Assembly: GCA_043228905.1 (NCBI GenBank)
Contig: JBHGNT010000011.1
Span: 5,766,001-5,830,000, forward strand
Direction: 5' to 3'
Source of the DNA: Azolla caroliniana
Taxonomy: Eukaryota; Plantae; Polypodiophyta
DNA: 64,000 nt
Every line of letters starts with the position of its first letter. Position 1 is the stretch's first letter. Both the position numbers and the translations under genes were made by a program. This document shows positions 48,102 to 62,249 of this stretch, one piece after another. The notes under the pieces are model-generated. The model did not search any database, was not told the origin of the DNA, and saw only the letters and a program-made list of their open reading frames with translations.

Positions 48102-51100
48102 ATGGAACAAGTTTTGAACGCAGTTGGAACGATCTCTCCAAATGAGACCTCTCAACCCCAATCCGCATCTCGCACACAAGCTGAGATCACTATTGAGCAA
48201 TTGCTCACTACTACCTTGAATCAATTGGCCGAAATGAGACAGGCCAATATGGCATTGGAAAAGAAATTCCAAGAATTAACTATTGAGTCCAAGAAAGAAG
48301 GTGAACCTTCCTTCGTAGTCACGCCTTTCAAGGGAGATAAGAAAGAAAGAACCGAGGAGGCCATTAGCACTTGGCTTGGTCGTTGGGAGTCTCACTTTGA
48401 GCTTCATCCCAAGCCCGATGCAGTCAAAATTGGTTATGTCGGTCGTGAGTTAGGTGGCCCAGCTGCTGCTTGGTGGCGTGGCCTAAGGACCACAAAAAAC
48501 TTACCCACAACTTGGGAAGGTTTCGTTGATGTTTTTAAGAAACAATTCTTGCAGCCACCTTCTCAAACCGAACAAGCGCAACACTTGCTCACATTGTCTA
48601 GTAAGCCATTTACCTCTCTCGAGGATTATGTGCATCACGCTCGGACCCAGATCCAAAAATCGGGACTTACGGGTGAGAAATGGTTTGTCGCTTGTTTTTT
48701 GAATGGTATTCCCAATGGGGATTATCATTGGATTGTCCATGACAAGGACCCCACAACTTTCGAGGAAGCCGTCAACATTGTGCTGCGATACCATAGGACT
48801 TCCAAGAAAGACCACAATAAACCTGAGTTCGCCAAAACTCCGAATGTCAAGTTCATTGGGAAACGTAAGCAATCCAGTGACACTCTTGACCGCGACTCAA
48901 AGAAACCGAACCTCTTCTGTGCATATTGCAAGAAGCAGGGCCACACAAAGGATACCTGTCGTCGTCTTGAGAGGAAGTCAATGAACACCCCTCCTCAAGA
49001 CAAATCTACGAGTCACACAGGTGAGTCTTTTGATATTGTTGAAGTTCATACCAATCACTTAAGTTTATGTGAATGCACTTTTCCTTCACATTTACTTGGA
49101 CCTAATGATTTACTCCGAGCAGTCGGATATATCAATGGAACACAAGCACATTTCTTGTTTGATTCCGGTAGTTCTCACAATTTTCTTAATGATCACTTTG
49201 TGCAGCAAATGGAGCTCCACATAAACGCAAGTGATCATATCTATCAAGTTCACATGGCAAATGGAAACGTTCAATACATCAGTGGCATTGTTTGTCAACT
49301 GCCAATTCAAATAGATACTTATTTGGAGAAGCTTGACTTTCATGTTATGAAATTACAATCCGCAGATGTCATTTTAGGATATCCTTGGTTTTTTAATAAA
49401 AACCCTTCTTTGTCCATTGATTGGGTTAATCACTCAATCACATTTGAACTTAATAATTGTAAACATTTTATTCAATGTTCCAAACTTCCTTCTCATTCAC
49501 TTGTGTCTTCTAAATCTTTAAGTGAGTATTCTAGTTCATTAATTTATTCGTGTGTAATTGATCCTGCGGTTCAATTTTATTATTTTAATATTGACGCCAC
49601 ACAATTACCACATTTTGAGCAACGATTACTCGACTCTATTTTAGAGGATTTTCAAGATGTGTTTCCTACTGAATTACCGCTTACTTTACCACCTAAACGT
49701 AATGTGGACCATCAAATTGAACTCATCCCTGGGGCTGCTCCTGTGAGCATTCCACCTTACCGACTTAGTCGATTAGAAGAGGATGGGATCGCTAAACAAC
49801 TTAAGGAATACTTGAGTATGGGCCACATTAGGTATAGTAAATCACCTTGGGGTGCGCCAGATCTATTAGTCAAGAAGAAGGAAGGTTCGTGGCGAATGTG
49901 TATCAATTATCGCCGTTTGAATAAAATGACAATTAAGAATGCATATCCATTACCTCGTGCCGATGATTTGATTGATCGTTTGCACGGGGCTCGATATTTT
50001 ACGAAAATTGACTTACGAACTGGTTATCATCAGATTCGCATCGCCGAGGATGATATTCCTAAAACCGCTTTTCGTACGCGCTATGGCCATTATGAGTTTT
50101 TAGTCATGCCATTTGGGTTGACTAATGCTCCAGCCACATTCCAACAAGCGATGAATGATGTTTTCTGAGATCAACTCGGTGATTTTGTTGTCGTCTTCTT
50201 GGATGATATTTTGATATATAGCCGTACCTTGCAAGATCATGTTCAACATGTTCGATTTGTTTTGCGAAAGTTGCGTGACAATTCTTTCTATGCAAAACAT
50301 TCAAAATGTGACTTCTTCCAAAAATCTATTGTGTACCTAGGTCATTTAATTACAGAAAATGGCGTTGAAATTGAACCTTCTCGTATTGAAAAGGTTAAAC
50401 TTTGGCCCATTCCTCGTAATATTCGTGAACTTAGATCATTCTTAGGGTTTGTTGGATTTTTACGAAAATCAATTCGTAACTATTCCAAATTGACTACGCC
50501 ATTAACTGACCTTTTAAAAGGTCATCCATGTAAGTCTGTCAAACCAATTTCATGGAATGAACAACTTGACAAATCATTTGAGACACTCAAGGAGCATGTG
50601 TGTCAGGCTCCCACTCTTCTATTACCAGACCCTTCTAAGCCTTTCTCAATTGAAACCGATGCTAGTGATTATGCTATTGGTGCCGTTCTTTATCAAGGTG
50701 GTCACCCTATTGCTTTTGAAAGTAAGAAGCTTGATGCTGCTCAATCTCGGTATTCGGTTCAAGAGAAAGAGTTGTTTGCGGTGATACACGCACTTAAAAC
50801 ATGGAGGCACTATCTCTATGGAAATAAATTTGTGGTTACAACATACCAGCAATCATTAAAGTATTTTTGTGACCAGCCCGATCTTGTTGGTCGTAAAGGC
50901 CGTTGGGCTGACCTTATGCAAGATTTTGATTTTTCCATACGATATCGCAAGGGTTCTATGAACATCGTTGCTGATGCTCTTAGTCGCATTAAAGAAGTTA
51001 ACATGCTTGGCTTCACGGAAATAAAATCTGATCTTTTAGATCACCTTCGAGGGAAATACCTTGATGACAGTTATTTCTCAAAATACTGGACGAAAGCCGA

Positions 51101-52505
51101 ATCTGGTTTAGATGCCGATACTAGCACCCTACCCTCGAAGGCGACCTTTCACATTACAAACGGTTTGCTCTACCGTAGTGGAAAGGTCTGTGTTCCAGAT
51201 TTACCAAATGTTAAACAGAATTTTTTTCATGAATGTCATGATGCACCATCTGTTGGTCATCCTGGAATACAACGCACACTCGTTCTCATCTCGTGTACTT
51301 TTTTCTGGCCTAAGATGCGCTCTGACGTGCATAAATACGTAACTCAATGCTTACAATGTCAGATTAATAAGTCGGAACGACTTAAAGCTGCTGGTCTTTT
51401 ACATCCCTTAGATATTCCCAACAATAAATGGGATAGTATCTCGATGGATTTTATTGTTAGTTTACCTCGTACACAGAGGGGTCATGATGCCATATGGGTT
51501 GTCGTTGACAGGCTAACAAAATTAGCTAGATTTATTCCTACAAAAACCACGGTAACCGCTCAACAGTTGGCTTATCAATTTGTTGATGAGTTATTTCGTT
51601 TTTATGGATTACCGATGGATATTGTTAGTGATCGAGATTCCAAGTTTACTAGTGACTTTTGGACTCAGGTCTTTAAGAAACTAGAAACTACGTTGAGCAT
51701 GAGTTCCGCAGATCATCCTCAGTCTGATGGACAAACTGAACGAGTTAATCAAATTATTGAGGACATACTTCGAGCTTATGTAGCAAAAACCCCTTCTAAG
51801 TGGGAGCAATACCTTCCTATCTTAGAATTTGCCTATAATAGCTCTAAACATACATCCACTGGATATAGTCCTTTTATGTTGATGTATGGTTTTCAGCCAC
51901 GTGCCCTAGTTGATGTTACGATTCATCGTGATACATTAGACAGTACACGCAATTTTTTGCAAGACATGAACCAAATGTTGCATATTGCCAAAGAAAATGT
52001 CAAGACAGCTCAAGATCGTGCTCGATTTTATGCTGATCAGGATAGACGTCCTCGTGCATTTACTATTGGTCAAAAAGTTTTTTTGCGTGTCCCGACTGAT
52101 TCTACGTCATTATCTACGGGCAAGTGCGCTAAGTTAGCCCCACGATATTGTGGCCCATTTGAAATCCTTAAGCGAGTTGGGTCATCTGCTTATCACCTTG
52201 CCTTACCTCGTAACGTTGGTATTCATCCTGTTTTTCACGTCAGTCGTCTAAAACCATTTTTAGGCTCTGGTGATAACACCATCACAATCCAAGATCTTGT
52301 AACATTAGAGGATTTTTCTTACAAACCTCATGTTCCTGAACGAATTCTTGATTCTCGCACTAAACGTTTACGTTCTAAAGAGATTCGGCTATTCAAGATC
52401 AAATGGATGGATAAACCTATTGATGATGCCACATGGGAACGCGAGCATTCGCTTAAGGCACAATTTCCTCACTTTATATTGCAAGAGTGCAATATTTTGA
52501 AGTAG
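48102..52505 (+). pseudogene. Single-frame gag-pol with chromodomain; one premature TGA at 50166-50168
   Basis: [39 protein letters not shown], integrase zinc-binding HHCC, VSDRD, GPF, PERILDSR...IKW..ATWE; both ORF pieces share a frame. Confidence 0.95.
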
Positions 52506-53343
52506 GGGAGTATGTTATGTACACATAACGTTGGTGAGGGTAGGTCACTAATATTTACATTAGTGAAGGGTATGTTCACTATTATTAAAAAGGGGACTAA
52601 TGATTGGATAGAATGAATGATATGTGCATGCACTATCATGATTTAGACAACCAATGAATAGAGAGCCTTTTAGAAAGGCACATCTATTCAAGGGGCCTAG
52701 GAAAAGGTATAAATATGAGGCTTAGCTACCCTCATAGGATGATCACGTTGGAAGGCTGCTGTCGTAGACACCGGTGGTGCGGGCTAGGCTTTCGTCTCGA
52801 CGATCGTGTTTATCTCTTCCAAGGTATTAGTCATCCTAATATCCGGCGGTATGGGACGTCGATGGTAGGTTGGCTATGTCTAGATCATAGCTCGGGGGTG
52901 GTCCGGTGGAACGGGTTCTTCTATCCAATCTATTTTCTTCCTTTTTACTTGATTTGGTCTATTGATTAGTAATAGACTCTTAACACCGATACATCAACGC
53001 CCTGTCCTTCATGCCGTTGACATATCTCAGGATCCTTTGTGCGCACTAAAGATGCTCGACCGTCAGTTACAACACTAACTAGCTGATCAAGTCGCTCGGA
53101 TAGCCATTTGGATAACCGTGTCGGGTCGCACGCCTTTAACGATTTGGCGCGAAGCTTGACATTTCTATCTAGAGGAGTTGCGATGGATTTACAATCCGTC
53201 ATTCCAAACTTGAAAAGCATACTCAACACACAATATTGTTGGCTGATCAGTATGCATTCGGGGGTGCATATCACTTCGATCCTGAGGAAGTAATGAAGGT
53301 CCCCTAGATCCCTCAAATGATGCCGCAAGTTGGGACTTCACAC

Positions 53344-54359
53344 TGTCGTGAAGATTCGTCACTACGTGCGGATCGTGAGACGGAACCACCGGGGTTCTGG
53401 ACCGGAAGGATTCGAAGTTTGCACTAGCTTTAGCGAGAAAGGATTTAAGATAGATTGAGAGAGAGATTAAGATTATGATTCCAATTTTGAAACAGATTGA
53501 GAAAGATTGAAATGGAGAGAGAGAGATTGAGATAAAGATTAAACCCTTAACTTTAGATTTGAGAGACAAGATTAATACATCACCAAATGGGATAACAAAT
53601 TTTCTTACTTTTTATTTCTTGATTAATACATAACTCATCTTCATCCACTCTTTTATAGATGCCCCCATGCATATGATGCATGTGAGGGTACAAGACATGC
53701 ATGTAATACATAAAATGCATGTTTGCCATTTGGCGCTCAAGCATTACATGTGTTGCATGATAACCATGTCACTCAATCAAGCTCTCATGTATAAGAATTT
53801 ACATGTGAAAGTATAATGATAAAATATAACTTAAAGAAATGACTCGGTTTTTTCGTTTCACACCGAAAATCTTCAAGACATTGTGCTTTGCGATCAACCT
53901 ATTTGACCGACCCGTCTATCCGGTCGGGTCCTGGTTCCGTCGCCGTCCGGATCCGTCCAAAACACTATTTGAATAACTTGGCCGCATCCATTCGTCCAAG
54001 TTATACAACCCAACCTTTTTGTGCTCCTAGCACATAGATGAAACATAAAGAGATATGGCTCTATTTATATACTCTTGAATCCTGATGTTGTCCTATCTAT
54101 GTGGGATAGCTCACAGTTTTGTTTTCCTCTTCTTATTCTAAAACTTCACACTCACATAACTTGACACTAAGTTGTCCGTTTCACATGAAGTAAAATGCAT
54201 TTGGAAGCCCTTGAAGACATCCATCTTTTTGTACCAAGATATTAAACTAATATAAAATAATATCTTCACTATTATTGTTTCATATTGTGTGTGAAGAACC
54301 ACACTCGATTTTGTACATTCCATGCAAATTTCACACCATTGCTGAAAATCTTCACAACA
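53344..54359. mobile_element. Solo LTR (~1016 bp) inserted in the RT of copy C
   Basis: Terminal inverted repeat TGTCGTGAAGATT / AATCTTCACAACA (12 of 13); host RT is collinear on both sides; apparent 4-bp TSD ACAC/ACGC. Confidence 0.78.
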
Positions 54360-56155
54360 ACGCAACTCATTTCATCAAGGTCGGCATTGGCGATGACTGA
54401 ATCATCCACATATAGCAGATTGCTTACCGGCCCAGGTCGACCCATCTGGAGGAACAATGAAGAATCTGACTTCAATAGAGCAAACCCCATACGACACAAC
54501 CATTGCGTGATCTTTGTGTTCCAAGCATGTGGGGCTTGCTTTAGTTTGTATAGGGACTTCTTCAGTTAGCTGACGGTTGACGTGTTCAATCCGGACTGAA
54601 ATCCGGGAAGCTGCACCATGTATAAATGTTCCTCGAGTTCTCCTTGCAAGAACACGTTCTTCATGTCCATCTGATGCAGATGTCATCCCTTTGATGCCGC
54701 TACCGCCAACAAGACACATACGATCGTCATCTTCGCGATTGGCGCAAATGTCTCATCGTAATCGATGTCGTGTTGGTGTGCATAGCCTTTGGCAACCAAT
54801 CAAGCCTTCTTTCGGTTGACGGAGACTTCGATGTTTTACTTGATCTTGTACACCCACCTCCACCCAATTGGCTTCACACCCTTGGGGGCATCAACTAGGT
54901 TCCATGTTTCATTCTCAGCCAATGCACGCCTCTTCCTCCATTGCGACACGCCAATTCGCATCCTTCGCGGCTTCTACATAGCTCTCCGACTCACATAGCT
55001 CCGCTAGTTTCGGCATATATGCATAATGATGTGCCATATAGTAGTTGTATCCATACCGAACTACAAGGTTCTTCTGGCATGTTGATTGGCCAATTTCTGC
55101 TTTGCCGATTTCATGGCCCTCTTGGCCGACTCCGTCCTCATCTCCGGAGATTCATCTTTGCTTCCGGCTGGTTTGAATTCACTCCGGTTCGATGCACTGA
55201 CCTCTTTGCCGTATTCCGATATCTTCATCTTCCCCTTGTCCTTGCACGTAAGACGTCTCCTCGACTTCTGGTGTGGGGACTGCACGACCGAGTCTTCACT
55301 ACTCGCCGGGTCATCATCTAACTGGTCATTACGACTCCGTCTCTCATTCGGCCGCTTAGACAAAATGATATCGAGATCTCTTCTAGAGTTCCATTGTCTC
55401 CCTCATTTAGTGAGTTGGCCTCACTAGCCTCACCTCCAACAATTGGCCCGGAGTCTTCGGGGGTCAAAGATGGAAGGGAGTACCAAGATGACAATTCGTC
55501 AAAGACTCACTTCAACTTGTCTCGTTCGGGGATTATAACACTTATAACCCTTCTGCTCTTGTGAGTAGCCGGCTAGGATGCACTTCTCGGCCTAGGCATC
55601 AAGCTTTTTCCGCTTCTCATTTGGCACATGCACATAAGCAATACTACTGCACACCCTAAGATGTCCCAAATTCGGCTTGGCACACCCAAAATACAGCTCA
55701 TGCAACGACATCTTTGCTCTTGAGACAGAAATCTGATTCTATATGTAGATGGTCATTCGGATTGCTTCAGCCCAATAGATCTTGGACATGCTCTTCTCTT
55801 CCAACATTGCCCTGGCCGCTTCTACCATTGTCCGGTTCCGTCTCTCGACCACATCGTTCTGCTCTGGCATCTATATGTAGGAGAACTCCCTCTGGATTCC
55901 CTTTTGCTGCAAATAGTTCATGAACTGGCGGGAAAAGTATTCTTTTTTGTCATTCAACCGCATACACTTGATTTTCCTCATTGTTTCCCTTTCAACTAAA
56001 CTTTTCAGGTCTCGGAAACAAGAGAAGACTTTGCTTTTCTTCTCGATGAGGTACATCCAAGTGTGGCGTCTGAAGTCGTCAATGAACGATACGAAGTATC
56101 GGCTCCTGCTCATGCTCACGCAACTTACCGGTTCCCATACATTCGTGTGGATTAT

Positions 56156-59100
56156 TGAAAAGAATGGCGTGCGGAAGCAATATAGGAAACCGAACAACAG
56201 AAAACACAGGTTTAATGGAAAGCTTAGGTTTGCACAGTATGCACGGGAGAGACATAGAGAGAGTAAACATGAGAACTTTTTCCAAAAATAATACTCAATC
56301 TGTACATCGTGTGTGTTCAATGAACACTTTTATACAAGTCCTTTTTAGACTGACAGAAGTACTGACAGTACTTCAATGCTCATTAAGGAGCCCCTACACT
56401 AACTCCCAAATATATTCCTTGCGGAATATCTTTCCGATGGCCTCCCGAATTCTGCACCGATCCGGCCTTCCTACGCACCGGTCTACGTACCGGTTTCCAA
56501 CTGATCGGTCCCAACCGATCCGGTCCTCGGCTTGCTCAGCCGATCTGGCCGATGTTGAGCTTGTCTCTCAACACTCCCCCTCAAGCTCAACTTGAGGCTC
56601 TTCGGGATCTTCGGGATCACCGCTCCAGTTCCTCTTGGCTCCACGCCTCGCTCGCACTCCTCAGCCTGTTCGACTCTGCGCGCTTCGACCCTTCCGGTCG
56701 GCTTGTTTGCTCCCACGGCCCTTCACAGATCCCTTGTTGTCGTGGTGTTGGTGCTGCTCCTGCTGCCTTCTTTTCCGCTTGGCCCTCGATTGATTCAGTG
56801 TATCCGAATCAAACATCCGAACCGACTCGACTACCTCCGATCGGTTTTCGCTCTCATCCGAGTTGGCTGTCTCCAACTCATCTTCGGTCTTCTCACCCTT
56901 GATGACGTCATCTCCCCCATGCTTGGTTGGCTTCGGCTCTTTCTTTCGGCTGCTCCCCTTATGTCCACTTTTGGACTCTTCCGCGAATCCGCCCTCGAAG
57001 TCGAATTCGTCATCCGACTCGGCGTTGCGGCCTCTTCCGCTCCCTTCCTGCTCCCTTGCGCAGTCTTTCGAGACTGTTCTCCCCCTCAAGTTTGGCACGT
57101 CGAGGTGACGCAACCCAAGCGCACCCGAGAATTGCCGCAACTTGTCCAGATCAAGAGGCTTGGTGAAGATGTCAGCAGTTTGCCGATCCGTTAGAACATA
57201 CTGAAGTTCGACTTCACCAGAAAGGACACGCTCATGGACAAAATGGTAGTGCACCTCAATGTGCTTGGTCTGTACGTGGAAAATGGGGTTCTTCGCGAGC
57301 TCGATGCTGCTGAGGTTGTCGCAATAGATGGTTGTTGTATCAGACACCTCCTCTTGGAGGTCCTTAAGTAGCCGCTTCAACCATATGGCTTCGCATGTCG
57401 CGATAGCCGCTCCTCGGTACTTAGCTTCGGTGCTCGACAGTGCAACTGTCCGCTGCTTCTTACTGCTCCACGCTATCGCGGCCCTCCCAAGAGAGAACGC
57501 GTATCCGGACGTGGATCGGCGATCAGCGGCGTTGCCAGCCCAATCAACATTGGTGTAGCCAACCAACTGCGAGGCTGTACCGGTCCGATATAGCAATCCC
57601 CGGTCCTTAGTGCAGCTTACGTACCGCAGTATGTGTTGCGCACAATTACGGTGCTCCTCGGTAGGTTGCGCCATGAACTAACTGATCACCCCGACTGGAT
57701 AACTGAGATCGGGGCGGGTGATTGTCAAGTGGATAAGGCTTCCGACAATTTGTCGGAACCTTGTTGGGTTGCATACCTTTCCGGAATTGGGGCGAAGCTT
57801 GACAATTCTATCCAGAGGAGTCGAGACAGACTTACAATCGGCCATCCCGAATTTGAAGAGCAAACTCAACACATAATGGCGTTGGCTGATCAATATGCCT
57901 TCGGGGGTACGGATCACTTCGATCCCGAGGAAGTAATGAAGATCCCCCAGATCCTTCATGTCGAACGATGCCGCAAGCTCGAGCTTCACGTGGTCGATTT
58001 CACCTAGGTCGGCGCCAGTGATGACCAAGTCATCAACATATAGTAAAATACTGACCGGACCGAGTTGACATTTCCGGATGAACAGGGAAGAGTCCGATTT
58101 TGACGCTGCAAAGCCCATTCGACGCAGTTGCTGCGTGATCTTCGCGTTCCAAGCACGTGAGGCTTGCTTCAATTCGTAAAGGGACTTCTTCAATCGACAC
58201 ACTGCTAACGTGTTCGTTCTGGAGTCAAATCTGGGGGGCTATACCATGTGCACCTGTTCCTCAAGCTCACCTTGCAGGAACGCATTCTTTACATCCATCT
58301 GATGTAAGTGCCACCCCTTTGCTGCAGCTACCGCGAGCAAAACACGAACGGTCGTCATCTTCGCGACCGGTGCAAACGTCTCATCGTAGTCGATGCCGTG
58401 TTTCTACGTGTAGCCTTTTGCCACTAACCGGGCCTTGTATCGGTTGACCGAGCCGTCGGTGTTGTACTTGACCTTGTACACCCACCTACATCCAATCGGC
58501 TTCACACCCTTCGGTGCGTCAAACAGGTCCCAGGTCTCGTTTTCCGCCAATGCGTGCATCTCTTCCTCCATCGCGGCGCGCCAATTCGAGTCCTTAGCCT
58601 CTTTTGCGTAGCTCTCCGGCTCACGCACTTCCGCTACACGGGTCATGTACGCATAATGATGCGCCATGTACTCGTTGTATCCGAACTGCACAACTGGATT
58701 CTTCTGGCGGGTAGATCGGCATAATCGGTCATTAGTCGATGTCGAGGTCTTCTCGGCCGACGCGGACTTCGCTCTTGAAGACCCGTCACCGCTTCCCTTG
58801 GAGTCGGACTCGCGTCGGTCTGACTCGTTCCTATCCGTGCCAGAATCCGACACCTTCTTCTTCCCTTTCTCTTTGCGCGTAAACCGTCTCCTCGGCTTCC
58901 TGTGCGGGGAATGCACGACCGAGTCTCCACTACTGGTCGGCTCTTCTTTGGACTGGTCGAACCGGCTCAGTCGTCCATTCGGTCCACTTAACCGAAACGA
59001 AATTGGACTCTCTTCGCGGGTGCCGATTTCAGGCTCATCTGGAGGCATCTCACTCTCACTGACCTCATCGTCAGAGCTCAGATTGGAGTTGAGATCCGGA

Positions 59101-61653
59101 TTCGGAGGCAAGTACCAGGACGCGGATTCATCAAACACAACGTCGCGGCTCACTGGCGCTTGTTTGGTGCACAGGTTATAACACTTATAACCCTTCTGCT
59201 CATCCGAGTAACCGACCAAGATACATTTCTCAGCCTTTGCGTCCAGCTTTCTCCATTTCTCCTTCGGCACATGTACATACGCAATGCTACCGAAAACTCG
59301 TAAGTGTCGCAAGTTCGGCTTCGTTTCGAAATATAGCCCGTGCGCCGACTCTTTGTCTCCGATCCGGTTCTGGATGTATACCGCGGTCCTTACCGCCTCG
59401 GCATAGTAGAAGTTGGGCAAGCTCTTCTCCTCCAGCATTGCCCGTGCCGCTTCCACAACCGACCGATTTTTCCTCTCGGCCACGCTGTTTTGCTCCGGCA
59501 TGTATCTACAACTAAATTCGCATCGAATTCCCATATGCTGTAGATAACCGTTGAATTGACCGGAAAAGTATTCTTTTCCGCCATCCGACCGCAAGCACTT
59601 GATCTTTCTTCCTGTTTCCGTTTCCACGAACCCTTTGAGGTCCCGGAAATAGTCGAAGACTTCGCTCTTCCTCTCAATGAGGTAGATCCATGTGTGCCGC
59701 GTGTAGTCGTCAATGAAGGGGACAAAATATCGGCTCCCGCCAAGACTAACGTTTTGTGCCAGCCCCCACACATCGGAGTGTATCAAGTCGAGCTTGTTTT
59801 GGCTCCGGTTATGCTCATTGGGGCAGGGAAGTCGGTGTTGCTTCCCAAGCTGGCAAGCTTCACAAATTTGTGCCTTTCGGCCACTGAATTTGGGCAATCC
59901 AAACACCACTTGTTCCGATTGCAGGTCCTAAAGCCGTTGGTAGTTGACGTGGCCTATCCGTTTGTGCCATAAGTCGATGTCCGACTCGACTTTTTTTCCC
60001 TTAGAGAACATTGCGGTGCCACCGTCAGTAGAGTCGAGGATGAACATCCTCCCATCTCTGCGCCCTTGCGCAATAACACGGCCTTCTTCCTCAATGAAGC
60101 ACCCGAGGTGTGTAAACTGGACCTCCATCCCTTGGTCGACGATCTGTCCGACCGACACCAAGTTCTTCGTGATTGTCGGAACGTGTAGCATGTTCATGAG
60201 TTTCCCTTTCTGCCTGACATGGCTCAGGGGAACTTCTCTGACATTCACGATCGGATGCGGAGTGTCGCCTCCGGTTGCGACTACTCCCAGTTGCATCGGT
60301 TTTTCTAGGTACGAGAACCACTCCTTATGGCTCGTCATGTGATTTGATGCACCGGAGTCGACGTACCACACCTCGTCCGATTTCGGGGTGGTCTACTCCC
60401 CCTGTTTCTGGAGGTTCCGGAATTGCTGTCGGCATCATTTCGGTGCCTCCTTCCTTGATCTTGCCAGCCCCCTCCATTGCGCACTGACTCGCCTCGTCCT
60501 CCACGTCACGGGGCCTATCTCCCTCCGTGTACAACATCTTGCTGTCGGTGTGCGTGCTCGTTGACGCACCCGCGTGGTTCTCCTCTACCAGGAGCATCAA
60601 CTGTAAGTCGAAAGAGGACAACGTATTCTCCCGGGTACACACAGTAGTTCGGAATGCCCCAAACTTCGACGCCAAACCCCCGAGACAGACCTGGACCATC
60701 TCGTTTTCCTCGATGTTCACATCGATGGAAGCTAAGGAGTCAGATATGTCCTTGATCTTCGAGGTATAGTCAGCCACCGACAAATCGCGTTGTCATAGGT
60801 TGCTCAACTCCTGTCGGAGCTGAAGCTTCCTAGGTGTGGTGCTTGCGGCGAAGATCTTCTTCAAATTTTCCCACGCACCCTTCAGCGTTTTTGCATCCTG
60901 AATGTAGCTTAATAGCTATTCGCCCACACAAGACGCGAAACAGTACAACACTCTGCTCGCCGATTGTTCCCATGCCGGAAAGTCTCTGTGTGTCGATTTG
61001 GGTACCGCGTCATTTGCTCCTTCGACATAGCTCCAGTAACCATGCCCAAGCAGGTACTGGTGCATCTTGTAGGACCAAGATGCGTAGTTGGTTCTGTTGA
61101 GCTTCTCCGTCGGAAGTGAGCTAGCCATTCCTCTGTCCATCGGTTTTCTTGTTCTTCTTCGTTGGTTTTTCCTTCAAGCAAAGTCGATTGCAGAGGTTCT
61201 CAACCCTCGCGCTCTGATACCATGAAAAGAATGGCGTGCGGAAGCAATATAGGAAACCGAACAACAGAAAACGCAGGTTTAATGGAAAGCTTAGGTTTGC
61301 ACAGTATGCACGGGAGAGACAGAGAGAGAGTAAACACGAGAACTTTTCCAAAAATAATACTCAACCTGTACATCGTGTGTGTTCAATGAACACTTTTATA
61401 CAAGTCCTTTTCGGACTGACAGAAGTATTGATAGTACTTCAATGCTCATTAAGGAGCCCCTACACTAACTCCCAAATATATTCCTTGCGGAATATCTTTC
61501 CGATGGCCTCCCGGTTTCTGCACCGATCCGGCCTTCCTACGCACTGGTCTACGTACCGGTTTCCAACCGATCCGGCCTAACCGATCAGTCCCAACCGATC
61601 CGGTCCTCGGTTTGCTCAGCCGATCCGGCCGATGTTGAGCTTGTCTCTCAACA
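56156..61653 (-). mobile_element. Ty1/copia copy D with both LTRs
   Basis: LTRs 56156-56573 and 61223-61653, TSD ATTAT (56151-56155, 61654-61658), PBS TGGTATCAGAGC 61222->61211, PPT from 56574. Confidence 0.96.
56661..61140 (-). pseudogene. copia gag-pol of copy D with several stops and a deleted zinc knuckle
   Basis: ORF pieces for gag, PR (WYVDSGASNHM), INT, RT (YVDD), RH and the C-terminal extension. Confidence 0.93.
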
Positions 61654-62249
61654 ATTATATCGAGCCGATTCTGGCTCTAATTCTTCTCATTCCAAAATGG
61701 AAGCCTATGTTCCTTCCTAATCTGACAAGCTTCACATATCTGGGCCTTCTGACCACTAAACTTTGGCCATCCAGAAACTACCTATTTCTACTACAAATCC
61801 TAAAGCTTTTGATGGTTGATGTGGCCTAACCGCTTATGCCACAGGTCGAAGTCGGATTTGACCTTTTGTCCTTACGCAAACATCGCGGCACTAACATCAT
61901 TGGTCTCGAGGATAAACATCCTCTCGTTTCTGCATCCACGCACGATCAACCAACCCTCATCTTCAATGAAGCAACCGTGGTGATTAAATCGGACCTGCAT
62001 GCCCTGATCCACAATTTGTCCAATAGATACCAAGTTCTTTGCAATTGTCGGGACATGCACCACATTCCGCATCAGGCCTTTTTGTTTGACATGGCTACGT
62101 GGTACATCACCCACATGTTTGATGGGGTGTATGCTGTTGTCATTAGTCTCGACAACTCCCAGTTGTTCTGGTTTTTCCAAGCTTGAGAACTATTTGACAT
62201 GGTTCGTCATGTAATTTGATGCTCTGGATACCAAACCTCCTCTGGCTTC

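Larger units (their letters stand above)
45875..52985 (+). mobile_element. Full-length young Ty3/gypsy chromovirus (tRNA-Met primed)
   Basis: 473-bp LTRs at 45875-46347 and 52513-52985 (about 4 mismatches), TSD CCGAT, PBS TGGTATCAGAGC 46349-46360, PPT 52499-52510. Confidence 0.96.
45664..62249 (-). mobile_element. Ty1/copia copy C (same family), old and fragmented by nested insertions
   Basis: Collinear pieces: RH 45664-45874, RT 52991-53343 and 54360-~55000, INT ~55500-56155, pre-INT/PR 61659-62249. Confidence 0.85.

Noticed and set aside
50166-50168. Programmed stop read-through in gag-pol
   Set aside because: The stop lies inside RT at a conserved Arg position; a CGA>TGA mutation is simpler.
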